From an uncultured bacterium (GTDB lineage: Bacteria; UBP4; UBA4092): a DNA stretch of 64,000 bases. A program made the translations under genes and the position numbers. Below are positions 39,361 through 49,600 of this stretch, one piece after another (position 1 is the first letter of the stretch; every line of letters starts with the position of its first letter). Under the pieces are notes generated by a model. That model worked only from the letters and a program-made list of their open reading frames with translations, did not search any database and had not been told where the DNA came from. The stretch is from contig CAVYHJ010000002.1 of assembly GCA_963768165.1 (NCBI GenBank), forward strand, positions 52,011-116,010, written 5' to 3'.

Positions 39361-42225
39361 TTAATGGTGGTGGGTAAGAGCAAATTCAAGAGTGGATTGA
39401 ATCTTTGCAAGTTGTAGCGGGTCGGTCACTTTTTCCCCTTCAGTATCGGTCACATAAAATACATCCACGGCACGGAACCCATAGGTGGCAATCCGTGCTG
39501 TGCCGATAGTTAAATTCAGTTGGGCGAGAGTATGCGTTAAAGTATAAAGTAACCCAATACGATCTTGCGTACGAATATCAATCACCGTTTGCGTATCGGA
39601 GATTTCCGTACTGATGGATATTTCCGTTGGGACATGGGAGGAAACCACAACAGAGGGGGTAAATCCTTTTTGACGATAGGACAGAATAATAGAAATATCT
39701 TTTTCTCCAGCAAGAACTTTATGCAAATCCATTTCAATTTCAACCCAGACCTGGTTTTCGTCCGTCCATCCGGGACTGCGGTGGTCCAATTGAAGGGTAT
39801 CAATCACAATCCCGTCGGAACGGGTAAAAATTTGCGCGCTGAGGATACTGATTCCCTTGGACGCCAGAGTTCCTGCGATCTTCGAAAACAATCCCGGCAT
39901 GTCAAGAGTACAGATTGTATAATCCGAGTAGCCAATCTTGGGAAAATGAGTCACCGAAGTGATAAGAGGATACATAGCATCCACTGGAGACGATGTTTGA
40001 AGAGTATACGAAGTGAAAAACGGAGGCATTTGTTCTTCCGCATTATCGGATATACTTTCCTCTTTCATAATTTTCTTCTGCAGAAATGCCGGCCGAGAAT
40101 GTAATTCTCGCACCAACTGAATATGTTTAACCATGTTGACAGGAGCTGTTCCTAATAAATATCGCAAGGACATTTTTGAAAAATGTTCGTTGACTTCCTC
40201 GGCACTCACTTCTTTTTTGAACCGGTTAATCATGGATTTACGCACGGCATTCACTTCGTCTGCTTCATCCACTTCAGTCAATTTTTCACCCGATAATAGC
40301 GCTTTTGTTTTACGATACAATTCGGAAAGGAGCGATGCTTTCCAAGGAGTCCAAATTTCCGGGCCAACAGCGCGCATGTCCGCGTAAGTTAGACAATAAA
40401 GCAATTTCAGCTTATTGGTATTATTAATTTCCCACGCGAAATTCGACAAGACCCGGTTATCTTCCAGATCATGGTGCTGGGTCACTTCCGACATCAACAA
40501 ATGTTCTTCCACTAAAAATAAAATTAATTCGCGTTCCTCATCGTAAATTTTAAGGCGGTCAAGAATTGCGGGAATCATTTTTAATCCCGCTTGGACATGT
40601 TCCTCTTTGGAAACTTTCCCGATATCATGGAGTAGTGCCGCTAGCATTAATAATCGGTCAGCTTTGACCTCATGATATACCTGGATTAATTCTTTCGGCG
40701 GGGGTTGCCCGTTATTCCTATCCAGGGTCGTTTGATTCTTTAACTCCTGCAAAAAATCCACCAGTTGCAGGGTATGCTCGTCCACCGTATAGCGGTGCTG
40801 AATATCCTGCCGCACCAGGCAAGTGAGTCCTTCAAATTCCGGAATAAATTTTTCCAGAACACCCAGTTCATGCATGGCACGGAGCGCCAGTCCCAGATTC
40901 CCGGTCTCCACCAGCATATCCAGAAAAGCATTCCGCGCATCCGACAGGAGAAAATCTTCCATGGAAAATTTAGAAATACGGTTGCGAATCAGCGTTTTCG
41001 TACCTACCGCCAAGGGTACATTTCGCCGCTGGGATTCTAAAAAACAGCGCATAATCAAAGGCGCATCCACCATTTGTACATGCGTTTCCAATAAATGGAT
41101 GGCTCCATCTCGTTGAAAAATTCCCGGAACTATGGTGATTTGCGTCTGGCGATGACCGGTTTTTCGTGAATGCGGCGGAAAACAACGGTCAATAAAGATC
41201 ATGGAATATTCATATATGTTCCGGGCGGCACGATAATATGCCTGCATAAAGAGTTCCACCGCCGTCCCCAGCAAATCATTCGTAAACCCCAAATCAGTCG
41301 CCACAATTTCCTGATACTGTAAAGAGAGAATATCCTGTTTCCGTGCCGCGCGATAATGCAAATCGTTCCTTACCCGCCATAAAAAATCCAGCGATTTTTC
41401 TGTTTGCACTCTTTCCGTTTCCGAGATTACACCCAGTTTATGCAGCCCTGATAATTGCCGGGTTCCGAATCGCGCCTGGGCAATCCATAACGCCGTATGA
41501 ATATCCCGTAATCCACCCACTCCGTTCTTCACATTTGGTTCCAAATTATAAATGGAATCCCCATAATGCTGATGCCTCTCCTGCAGTTCCCGATATTTTC
41601 CTCTGACATAAGATGACACCATGTCACGAAATACTGTATTGTTCAATGAAGATTCCAATTGGGCAAAGGTCGCTAAATCACCGGCGATAAATCGGGATTC
41701 CATCATGGACGTTTGCGACGTCAAATCCTCCCGGGCATACCGTAAACAATCTTCTATAGAACGCAAAGAATGTCCCAGTTCAAATCCAATATCCCATAAA
41801 TAATGCAAAATCGCGGTGGCAAGTTGTCCTATGGATTCCGTCAACTCTTTTGGAAACAAAAATAAGATATCAATATCCGAATGGGGTTGTAGTTCCCGTC
41901 GGCCATACCCACCGGCGGCAAGGATCGCCAAAGGTTCCACCGGTTTCCCCTCACCAATTTGTTCTTCGGACACAATCTTGTAGACGGCTTGAATCAGGGT
42001 ATCTATTAAATTGGTATGGCTGGAGAGAATTTCCGCGCCGCTGGCACCGGACAGGTGGCGGGTGAAAATCCGTTCCTTTTCCGTCCTTAAATATTCCCTA
42101 AAATAATCAATATACGCCTTCCGCCGTAGCTCCGGGTCGTGTGGTGCACTGGTGCTTAGCGATGCCAGACGGTCTTCTAATTGAAATTCCATAATAATTA
42201 AATGTAGTTTAGCATAACCTTTCAT
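39361..42225 (-). CDS. glnD: [PII] uridylyltransferase/uridylyl-removing enzyme (start may be 42192)
   Basis: GGYGRRELQPHSDID, EPNVKNGVGGLRD, HRYTVDEH, LLHDIGK, two ACT domains. Confidence 0.95.
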   Translation of the reverse strand: MKGYAKLHLIIMEFQLEDRLASLSTSAPHDPELRRKAYIDYFREYLRTEKERIFTRHLSGASGAEILSSHTNLIDTLIQAVYKIVSEEQIGEGKPVEPLAILAAGGYGRRELQPHSDIDILFLFPKELTESIGQLATAILHYLWDIGFELGHSLRSIEDCLRYAREDLTSQTSMMESRFIAGDLATFAQLESSLNNTVFRDMVSSYVRGKYRELQERHQHYGDSIYNLEPNVKNGVGGLRDIHTALWIAQARFGTRQLSGLHKLGVISETERVQTEKSLDFLWRVRNDLHYRAARKQDILSLQYQEIVATDLGFTNDLLGTAVELFMQAYYRAARNIYEYSMIFIDRCFPPHSRKTGHRQTQITIVPGIFQRDGAIHLLETHVQMVDAPLIMRCFLESQRRNVPLAVGTKTLIRNRISKFSMEDFLLSDARNAFLDMLVETGNLGLALRAMHELGVLEKFIPEFEGLTCLVRQDIQHRYTVDEHTLQLVDFLQELKNQTTLDRNNGQPPPKELIQVYHEVKADRLLMLAALLHDIGKVSKEEHVQAGLKMIPAILDRLKIYDEERELILFLVEEHLLMSEVTQHHDLEDNRVLSNFAWEINNTNKLKLLYCLTYADMRAVGPEIWTPWKASLLSELYRKTKALLSGEKLTEVDEADEVNAVRKSMINRFKKEVSAEEVNEHFSKMSLRYLLGTAPVNMVKHIQLVRELHSRPAFLQKKIMKEESISDNAEEQMPPFFTSYTLQTSSPVDAMYPLITSVTHFPKIGYSDYTICTLDMPGLFSKIAGTLASKGISILSAQIFTRSDGIVIDTLQLDHRSPGWTDENQVWVEIEMDLHKVLAGEKDISIILSYRQKGFTPSVVVSSHVPTEISISTEISDTQTVIDIRTQDRIGLLYTLTHTLAQLNLTIGTARIATYGFRAVDVFYVTDTEGEKVTDPLQLAKIQSTLEFALTHHH

Positions 42226-42245
42226 GCTGAGATATAATTTAAAAT

Positions 42246-43973
42246 ATGAAAAATCGTGAAATTGCCGGACTATTTGAAAAAATTGGAGATGTCCTCGAAT
42301 TTAAAGGGGAAAATATTTTTAAGGTCAATGCCTATCGTAAAGCGGCACGAATTCTCGATGATTTAACCGAAGACATTGCAGTCGTCGCGGAACAAGAACG
42401 ATTGCGCGACATCCCCGGAATCGGGGAAGGGATTTCCAAAGACATTCTCGACTATTTGAAAAACGGTAAAATGGAGAAATTCGAAATCGAGCGCAAAGGA
42501 GTGCCCGACGGCATTTTTCAACTGCTTTCCATATCAGGTTTGGGTCCCAAAACCGTCTCTCTAATCTATAAACAACTGGGGATTAAAAGTGTGCAAGAGT
42601 TGGAACTCGCGATTAAAAATCAGAAACTGCGCGATTTACCGGGCATGGGTGCCAAGAAAGAAGAAAATATTTTACGGGGGATTCAAATTCTGCGGGAAGG
42701 TTCTTCTCGAATGAATATCGGCATTGCCTTACCATTAGTATCCGACATCCTCACTAAATTGAGAGAATTGAAAGAAGTGAAAGATCTTTCACCTGCCGGG
42801 TCATTCCGTCGAATGAAAGAAACGATTGGGGATATTGATATTCTGGCGACAGGCACTAAGAACGAAAAAATTATTGATTATTTCACGCATTTGCCAATGG
42901 TCAAAGAAATTTTGGGTGCCGGAGACACCAAAGCCAGTGTGCGAATCGAGGGGAATTTACAGGTGGATTTACGTGTCGTCGAAGAAGACAGCTTCGGCGC
43001 GGCATTACAATATTTTACAGGTTCCAAAGAACACAACGTTCATTTACGCGAAATTGCTAAAAAAGAGGGTTTTAAAATTAACGAATATGGCGTCTTTAAA
43101 GGCGAAAAAAAAGTTGCCGGGAAAACCGAACAAGAAGTATACGCCGTCCTGGGTTTACCTTATATTCCACCGGAAATCCGCGAAGACCGGGGGGAGATTG
43201 AAGCGGCCTTTAATAATAGCCTTCCCGATTTGATTGATGTAAAAGACATCCAGGGCGATTTTCATGTACATACCAATTGGAGCGATGGAAAATGTACCAT
43301 TGAGGAAGTCATTCAAGCTGCTAAACAGCGCGGGTATAAATTCATTGGAATTACCGACCACAGTGGTTCGTTAAATATTGCCAACGGGCTATCACCTCAG
43401 AAATTACAAAACCAAATACGGGAGATTCGCAAAACTGCCGAGAAAATCAAAGGAATTACTGTGTTCGCGGGAAGTGAAGTGGATATTAAAGCCGATGGAA
43501 CCATGGACTTCTCGGACGAACTCCTACGCCAATTGGATTTTGTCATTGCCTCCATTCATATCGGGTTTAAAAAGGATGAACAGACTAACACCAATCGTAT
43601 GATAACCGCTATTAAAAATCCGTTTGTCACTCTCGTTGCGCACCCGACCGGCAGATTATTGGGGGAACGTGACCCCTATGCCTTAAATCTCGACGAGGTC
43701 ATGCAAGCTGCCAAAGAAACCGGAACCGCTATGGAAATTAATTCATCCTATCACCGTCTGGATTTGAATGATATCCACGCCCGCAAAGCCCATGACATGG
43801 GATTGACCTTCGCCATTGATACGGACAGTCACCACACTGACCAACTCTGGCAAATGCAATTAGGTATCGGAGTCGCTCGTCGCGCCTGGATTTCCTCTAA
43901 AGAAGTTCTCAATACCTGGTCGGTCAAACAAATCCAAGAATTTCGGCAGAAAAAGATCAAAAACTCTGGATAA
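42246..43973 (+). CDS. polX: DNA polymerase X with PHP domain
   Basis: [38 protein letters not shown]. Confidence 0.95.
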   Translation: MKNREIAGLFEKIGDVLEFKGENIFKVNAYRKAARILDDLTEDIAVVAEQERLRDIPGIGEGISKDILDYLKNGKMEKFEIERKGVPDGIFQLLSISGLGPKTVSLIYKQLGIKSVQELELAIKNQKLRDLPGMGAKKEENILRGIQILREGSSRMNIGIALPLVSDILTKLRELKEVKDLSPAGSFRRMKETIGDIDILATGTKNEKIIDYFTHLPMVKEILGAGDTKASVRIEGNLQVDLRVVEEDSFGAALQYFTGSKEHNVHLREIAKKEGFKINEYGVFKGEKKVAGKTEQEVYAVLGLPYIPPEIREDRGEIEAAFNNSLPDLIDVKDIQGDFHVHTNWSDGKCTIEEVIQAAKQRGYKFIGITDHSGSLNIANGLSPQKLQNQIREIRKTAEKIKGITVFAGSEVDIKADGTMDFSDELLRQLDFVIASIHIGFKKDEQTNTNRMITAIKNPFVTLVAHPTGRLLGERDPYALNLDEVMQAAKETGTAMEINSSYHRLDLNDIHARKAHDMGLTFAIDTDSHHTDQLWQMQLGIGVARRAWISSKEVLNTWSVKQIQEFRQKKIKNSG

Positions 43974-44138
43974 GACCCCCAAACGTTCCAAAAAGTACAC
44001 TTTAAATAACCCGTTATCGGTATAATCTCTCAATGGGAGCTGATACGGCTTTGGTAGGTAGCTGGTACGGCTCTGATACGATCACAATTTTAATCCTCTT
44101 CCCACTGATTTGTACGTTTTGGTATATACTAAGCCAAA

Positions 44139-45326
44139 ATGACTCTCCCGTTGTTATTCTCAACTCGATTAAGAATCCTAATGGACATATCTATTTCAAC
44201 CTTGTACTATTACGATGCCAACGGAAACCTTGTCCTCGAATGTTCTTATCGAGGATTGACTACGGTGGGCAGTTGGTTCTATAGTTGGGATACGGAAAAC
44301 TGGTTGATTCTGGCAGTCAACGGGAGTGTGACCGTGCAATTGAATTATGATGTCTTTGGCAGACGCACCCAAAAGATTATGGGGACCAGTACCACCCAGT
44401 ATGATTTTGTGGGATTGGATGACCAGTTACGACGTTCCAATAGTACCACCCGTCAAGTCTATACCCTGACCGGAGGGATGATTGGGCAGATGGTCTCTGT
44501 CCGAAACAATGGTGTGGACTATTTCTATCACTATGACCCAATTGGCAATGTCCTGATGATTACCAATGCTCAAGGGAATGTCATTGCCAACTATACCCAG
44601 GAGGGCTTCGGAAATGTCATCGCCTCTACCGGTTCCGCCAATAATAATTATCACTTAACCACCCGCGAACAAGACCCGGATTTGGGGTTATATTACGTCT
44701 ACGCCCGCTGGTATGACCCACAGATAGGAAGATGGATTTCAAGGGAACCTACAGGACAGGATGGTCCGAATTTGTATCAGTATGCAGATAATAATCCAAT
44801 CAATGAGTTTGATCCAGATGGACGTTGTCCGGTAGTTGTAGTAGTAGTTGTTGTTGGAGGTGTAGTTAATGGAGGATATGATGCATGGAAAGCATGGCAG
44901 CAAACGCATAATTACTGGAATTTACCAGGAGCTTTCGGAGAAGGTTTTGTAAGTGGTTCAGTAGGGACTATAGCGGCTGTTGCAACTTTGGCTATTTCTG
45001 ACAATCCTTTGGCTGCTGAGGCAGCTGCTGGGGCAGTAGGAAATGGGGTTAGTGATTTGATAAAGCAGTCTTTTGCTCATGGATTAAATTTAAATTGTTA
45101 TAATGGAAAGGAATTAGCTGTAAGTACTGGGTTAGGCGCAGTAACTGGACCAATAGGAAAGGCGGCAGGGGAAGCATTAGCTCCAACTGTCGGACGTCTT
45201 CCGGATATTTGGGCTCCAAGAACTTTCTCAAACTATGGACCCAATTCATTAAGAATATTAGGACAAGGAGCCACGAGCCAAGTCGTTGATCAAGGTGGAC
45301 AGGCTGTAGGTGAAAATTTTTGGTAA
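44139..45326 (+). CDS. Orphan Rhs core + C-terminal toxin domain (true start uncertain)
   Basis: YDANGN, YDVFGRR, YYVYARWYDPQIGRW, NLYQYADNNPINEFDPDG, then ~165-aa Gly/Ala/Val-rich tail. Confidence 0.88.
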   Translation: MTLPLLFSTRLRILMDISISTLYYYDANGNLVLECSYRGLTTVGSWFYSWDTENWLILAVNGSVTVQLNYDVFGRRTQKIMGTSTTQYDFVGLDDQLRRSNSTTRQVYTLTGGMIGQMVSVRNNGVDYFYHYDPIGNVLMITNAQGNVIANYTQEGFGNVIASTGSANNNYHLTTREQDPDLGLYYVYARWYDPQIGRWISREPTGQDGPNLYQYADNNPINEFDPDGRCPVVVVVVVVGGVVNGGYDAWKAWQQTHNYWNLPGAFGEGFVSGSVGTIAAVATLAISDNPLAAEAAAGAVGNGVSDLIKQSFAHGLNLNCYNGKELAVSTGLGAVTGPIGKAAGEALAPTVGRLPDIWAPRTFSNYGPNSLRILGQGATSQVVDQGGQAVGENFW

Positions 45327-45790
45327 TGAAAAAAAATAATAAGTACAGAAAATACCTGATGCAAGATATACCTATTGGTCAAGCAATTCGTCTCTTTGGA
45401 CCGTTAACTATAGGAATTTTTGGGTTTATGGCATTAGGTTTTCATACTATTGGGGAATTATATATATATTTCGTTTTGGGTCGAAATATAAATTGGGAGG
45501 ACTATTGGCAACTTAATGTTCTTATAGCTATTTTCATTTTTATTGGTATAAAATATTCATTTGCGCATTGGAGATTAATTCTTGTAACATGGTTGATTTT
45601 TATAATATTTGGAGCAGGTTCAATCCTTCATTTTCTTTTTGATTATTATGATTATTATTTTAATAAGATACCTTTCAATCTCCACAGAGATTTAATAAAT
45701 TTATCTATAGGAGCGCCACTTGTTGTACATGGTTATTATTGGAGGTATCTTCACAATCGGAAAAAACGGCAAAATGAGCATTTAAATTGA
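45320..45790 (+). CDS. Putative membrane immunity protein for the Rhs toxin
   Basis: Directly follows the toxin; ~4 TM helices; AT-rich. Confidence 0.65.
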   Translation: MVMKKNNKYRKYLMQDIPIGQAIRLFGPLTIGIFGFMALGFHTIGELYIYFVLGRNINWEDYWQLNVLIAIFIFIGIKYSFAHWRLILVTWLIFIIFGAGSILHFLFDYYDYYFNKIPFNLHRDLINLSIGAPLVVHGYYWRYLHNRKKRQNEHLN

Positions 45791-45806
45791 AAGAATAATT
45801 CTGTGT

Positions 45807-46040
45807 GTTCTATGATTGGGATACGGAAAATCGCTTGATTTTGGCAGTTAATGGGAGTGTGACCGTGCAATTGAATTATGATGTCTTTGGTAGACGCACC
45901 CAAAAGATTATGGGGACCAGCACCACCCAATATGATTTTATTGGATTGGATGACCAGTTGAGACGTTCCAATAGTACGACCAGCCAGTTAGAGACGACAT
46001 GCAATGTCTATACCCTGACCGGAGGGATGATTGGGCAGAT
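45807..46040 (+). pseudogene. Rhs-core fragment, copy 2
   Basis: Near-identical to 44276..44491 (WDTEN.LILAVNGSVTVQLNYDVFGRRTQKIMG), with a short insertion. Confidence 0.85.
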
Positions 46041-46047
46041 TGCGGAT

Positions 46048-46284
46048 CAAAGTGGGCAATGCCCACTTTGCTAACGATAATGAAATCAATCTCTTTTCAA
46101 AGTCGTCCTGTGCGACTCTGAAAATTATCTTCCATGCAGATAATTTATTCAGGAATCCGCGAAAAGAATACTAAAGTGTCGCTCTAAGCGACACTTATTC
46201 CACCATCTCATGGGAATCCCAGGCGTGCCAATTTGGCATTCTGGAATGGAGAACGAGCGGAATTAAGAATTTCAATTCCGCTTC
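46048..46284. repeat. Cluster of REP-like hairpins
   Basis: CAAAGTGGGCA-a-TGCCCACTTTG; AAGTGTCGCT-cta-AGCGACACTT; GCGGAATT..AATTCCGC. Confidence 0.7.
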
Positions 46285-46304
46285 CCATCAGAACCTTGCA
46301 GATA

Positions 46305-46363
46305 GAAAATCGACTAATTCTGGCTATCAATGGGAGTGTGACGGTGCAATTGAATTATGATGT
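46305..46363 (+). pseudogene. Rhs-core fragment, copy 3
   Basis: GAAAATCGACTAATTCTGGCTATCAATGGGAGTGTGACGGTGCAATTGAATTATGATG = ENRLILAINGSVTVQLNYD. Confidence 0.8.
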
Positions 46364-46448
46364 GATTGAAAAACGTTTGAATGATTTCTCCTATCTCCTC
46401 CCCAGTTAACTTGAAACTTGAAACTTTAAACTTTCTCTTTTTCAAGTC

Positions 46449-46503
46449 AACCAGAAAAAACTGGCAAGGTAAAGTATAATCATTGGCGGTTTTAGTAAGG
46501 AAT
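46449..46503 (+). repeat. ~55-bp direct repeat, copy 1 (partner 50662..50717)
   Basis: AACCAGAAAAAACTGGCAAGGTAAAGTATAATCATTGGCGGTTTTAGTAAGGAAT; 4 substitutions + 1 indel versus copy 2. Confidence 0.88.
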
Positions 46504-46605
46504 TATCCCAAGTGTCATAAGTCTTTTGCGTTTTTTGGGTTAAACTCTTTCTCTCGATTCACCTGTCAAGAAAAATCGAATTCCCCGGACAAGTATATAA
46601 ATCGG

Positions 46606-49600
46606 TTAGGAAGTTCTTTTGGTGATGGGCTCTAAAGCATAAGAAATAGCTTGCTTCATGGATAAAGCACGGCCTTTTTCCCAGGTAGATTCAAAGGTGG
46701 TTTTATCCAGAAGGGAACGAGTGGTAGTTATACGTTGTTGATAATCGGCTTGATCTGTCATCGCTAACATCCCACCACAAGCTTTGAATAATAAATCTGC
46801 AGCACCGAGTAATTTCGCTGCCCTGATGGGTTGGTTTTCTCCTATTGCGGCTCCTGCCAACCCTTCCAGGCAAAGAGCAATAATCAATTGAGATGACCCT
46901 CCCTGGCTTTGACATATATCCAGGGTTTCGGTATACAACTTTCGGGCTTTCAAATACTTTTTTTGATATAATGCGACTTCTCCCTGACTACGAAGGGTCC
47001 ATATTAGAGGGCCTCTATCATTGCTTTGACGGGCTATTTGAGCACTTTCTTCATACAGTTCAGAAGCATGTTTATAATCTCCCTGGTAACGTGCAACTTC
47101 CCCCAAATCATTCAAGGTATAAGCAATCCCTCTCTTATGACCCAATTTCCGGCAGAATTCCAAGTATTGATTATAAAGGTTGTTTGCTCTTTCATAATCC
47201 TGTCTGGACCGGGCAAACTCCGCTATATTAATAATGGCATAGGAAATCCCGTCTTTATCGTCCAATTCTTTTGCTATGGCAAGTTGTGCTTCTAATAATT
47301 TTACCGTTTGATCATATTCCCCGCGGTATCTTGCTATTTGTCCCAAACGGAGATAAGACTGAGCTATCCCTTTTTTATCTTCTTCTTCTTTGCAAAGAGT
47401 TAAACTTTCCTGACACATTTCCCAGGCTTTATCATGCTCTCCTCGAACAATGGTATAGACCCAACCCAGTTCTCTGAGAACTGTTGCGATACCTAATTTA
47501 TTCCTCAATTCCCGGTAAAGAACCAAGCTTTCTTCTAATAATGCGGTAGCTTGACCCAATTCTTGCAAGGCTATATACATTCGACCCAAGACTTGAAGGA
47601 TATCCGCCATGTTGAGTTTATCATTATGTTTTCGGCATTGAGCCAAGCTTTCTTTTAACAAAGAAATCGGTTCTTCTCGATTCCCTTGAAGCCAGATTAA
47701 TTGGCCCAACCATCGAGAAATCCTTATATTAAGTTGTTTTTCTACATCGGTTGGTTGCCCTTGCTTGAGAAAAGATTCCAACCAGGACCGGCCTTCCTGC
47801 CAATATCCCCGGACTTCCCAGAAGGGACCCAAGGCTACTCCTAGTCGCTGGCCTATTTCCTTATTGCCAGTCTTTTGTGCCCAAATTAATGCCGTACGCA
47901 GGTTTGGATATTCTTTTTCCAGGATGTCCAACCATTCTTTTTGCCGGGGTCCACTCAATTCCAGTTCGGCTTTTTCAGCCAAACTTAAATAATAGTTTGC
48001 ATGATATTGTTGGAGATCCGTCTCTTCTCCACTCTCTTTCAGTTTTTCCAAGGCAAATTCCCGGATGGTTCCCAACATCACATATCGTTGATCCTGTTTG
48101 TCAATCAGACTTTTATCAACCAAGGATTGTAGCCTGACTCTCAAATTTGAATTATTATTCTCTTTTATTGTACAAACGGATTCGATAGCTTCCAAGGTTG
48201 CTCCACCTATAAATATTCCCAACCGAATGAACAATTTCTGTTCATCCCCTGATAGTAGATGATATCCCCATTCCATGGTACCCCGAAGCGTTTGTTGGCG
48301 GGAGGCGACATCCCTTGGACCAACACTCAAAAATGACAACTTGTTGACTTGTTCCAACATCTCCTGAATGGTAAATTCACGGGTTCGGGCGGCGGCCAAC
48401 TCAATGGCCAAGGGTAATCCATCCAAACTCTTACATAATTGGGCAATGGATATCTTGTTCTCCTCGGTTAATGCAAAATCATACTGAATGGATTGTGCGC
48501 GGGTTACAAATAAGCTGACAGCGGCTTCCTCGGTCAATACAGGGATTTGATAGATACTTTCTCCGGATATTCGTAATACCTCCCGACTGGTAACAATGAG
48601 TTTTAACTTTGGGGAGGTATTTAATAATTCATTTAATATCGGTGAGGCACTGATGACTTGTTCAAAATTATCAATCACCAGCAGCATCTGTCGGTCACGC
48701 AGGTATTCCTTGAGGGATTCTAAAATGGTCTTCCCCCCGATTTCCTTGATCTCCAGGATTTTGGCAATAGTCGCAGGTACTAATTCAGGTTCGACAATCG
48801 TAGCCAGGGGAATCTCGAATATCCCATCTTCGAATTCAGCCAATCGGGACATGGCAATTTGCAGGGCTAACCGGGTTTTACCAATGCCGCCAGGACCTAC
48901 AATAGTCAGCAATCGAGATCGATCCAGCCGTGCATTGGCTTGTTGTAATTCTGTATCCCGACCAATAAATTCAGTAATCAATGCCGGAAGATTGTGGTGT
49001 ATGGTTTTCTCATATTCTTTTAATATTGCGGTGGTATAGGTGGAATCAAGCGCCCATTCTTTTTCACTGGTTTCTTGAAGTTTTCCTTGTGAAATTAAGT
49101 CTTTCAAAGTATGTTGAATGATACTGGGGATACCATGAGTCTTTTTATGCAGCCAATTAACAAATTCTATAGGTGGTTCCCAATGCAACATATTCCGTAA
49201 AAAAATCCGTAATCCTTCAGTACCTAAAGGGTTCAATTCAATGGTTACTTTCAATGGGAGATCACAATTCATCAATGTCCGCGTATATTGTGGAACAGTA
49301 CTATAGATAATCGCCTGACAGGGGTATGTTCCAAAGATTATCCATTGACGTAGCAACTCAAAGGAAGAATAATCCAACACCGTCAGATTATCTATAACGA
49401 AAAGAATACCCGAATAGGACTGATTCTTGATGATTGTTTCAAACCTTTTTTCCAAGGCTTTTAAATCGACTGGGGGACTGAGATGTTCCAATCCTTGTAT
49501 CATCAATAAAGTTCCATAGGGCCTGCTATGAAGAGTACGGCTATCACTAAGATTGATAACCCAATATCCCAGCAAATGCGCGATATTTGACACTTGTGCC

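Noticed and set aside
43990-44130. Possible gene remnant on the minus strand (KIVIVSEPY) between polX and Rhs
   Set aside because: Too short to support without a search.
44276-46363. Diversity-generating retroelement template/variable repeats
   Set aside because: Differences between copies are not confined to adenines and no reverse transcriptase is present; Rhs cassette relics explain them.
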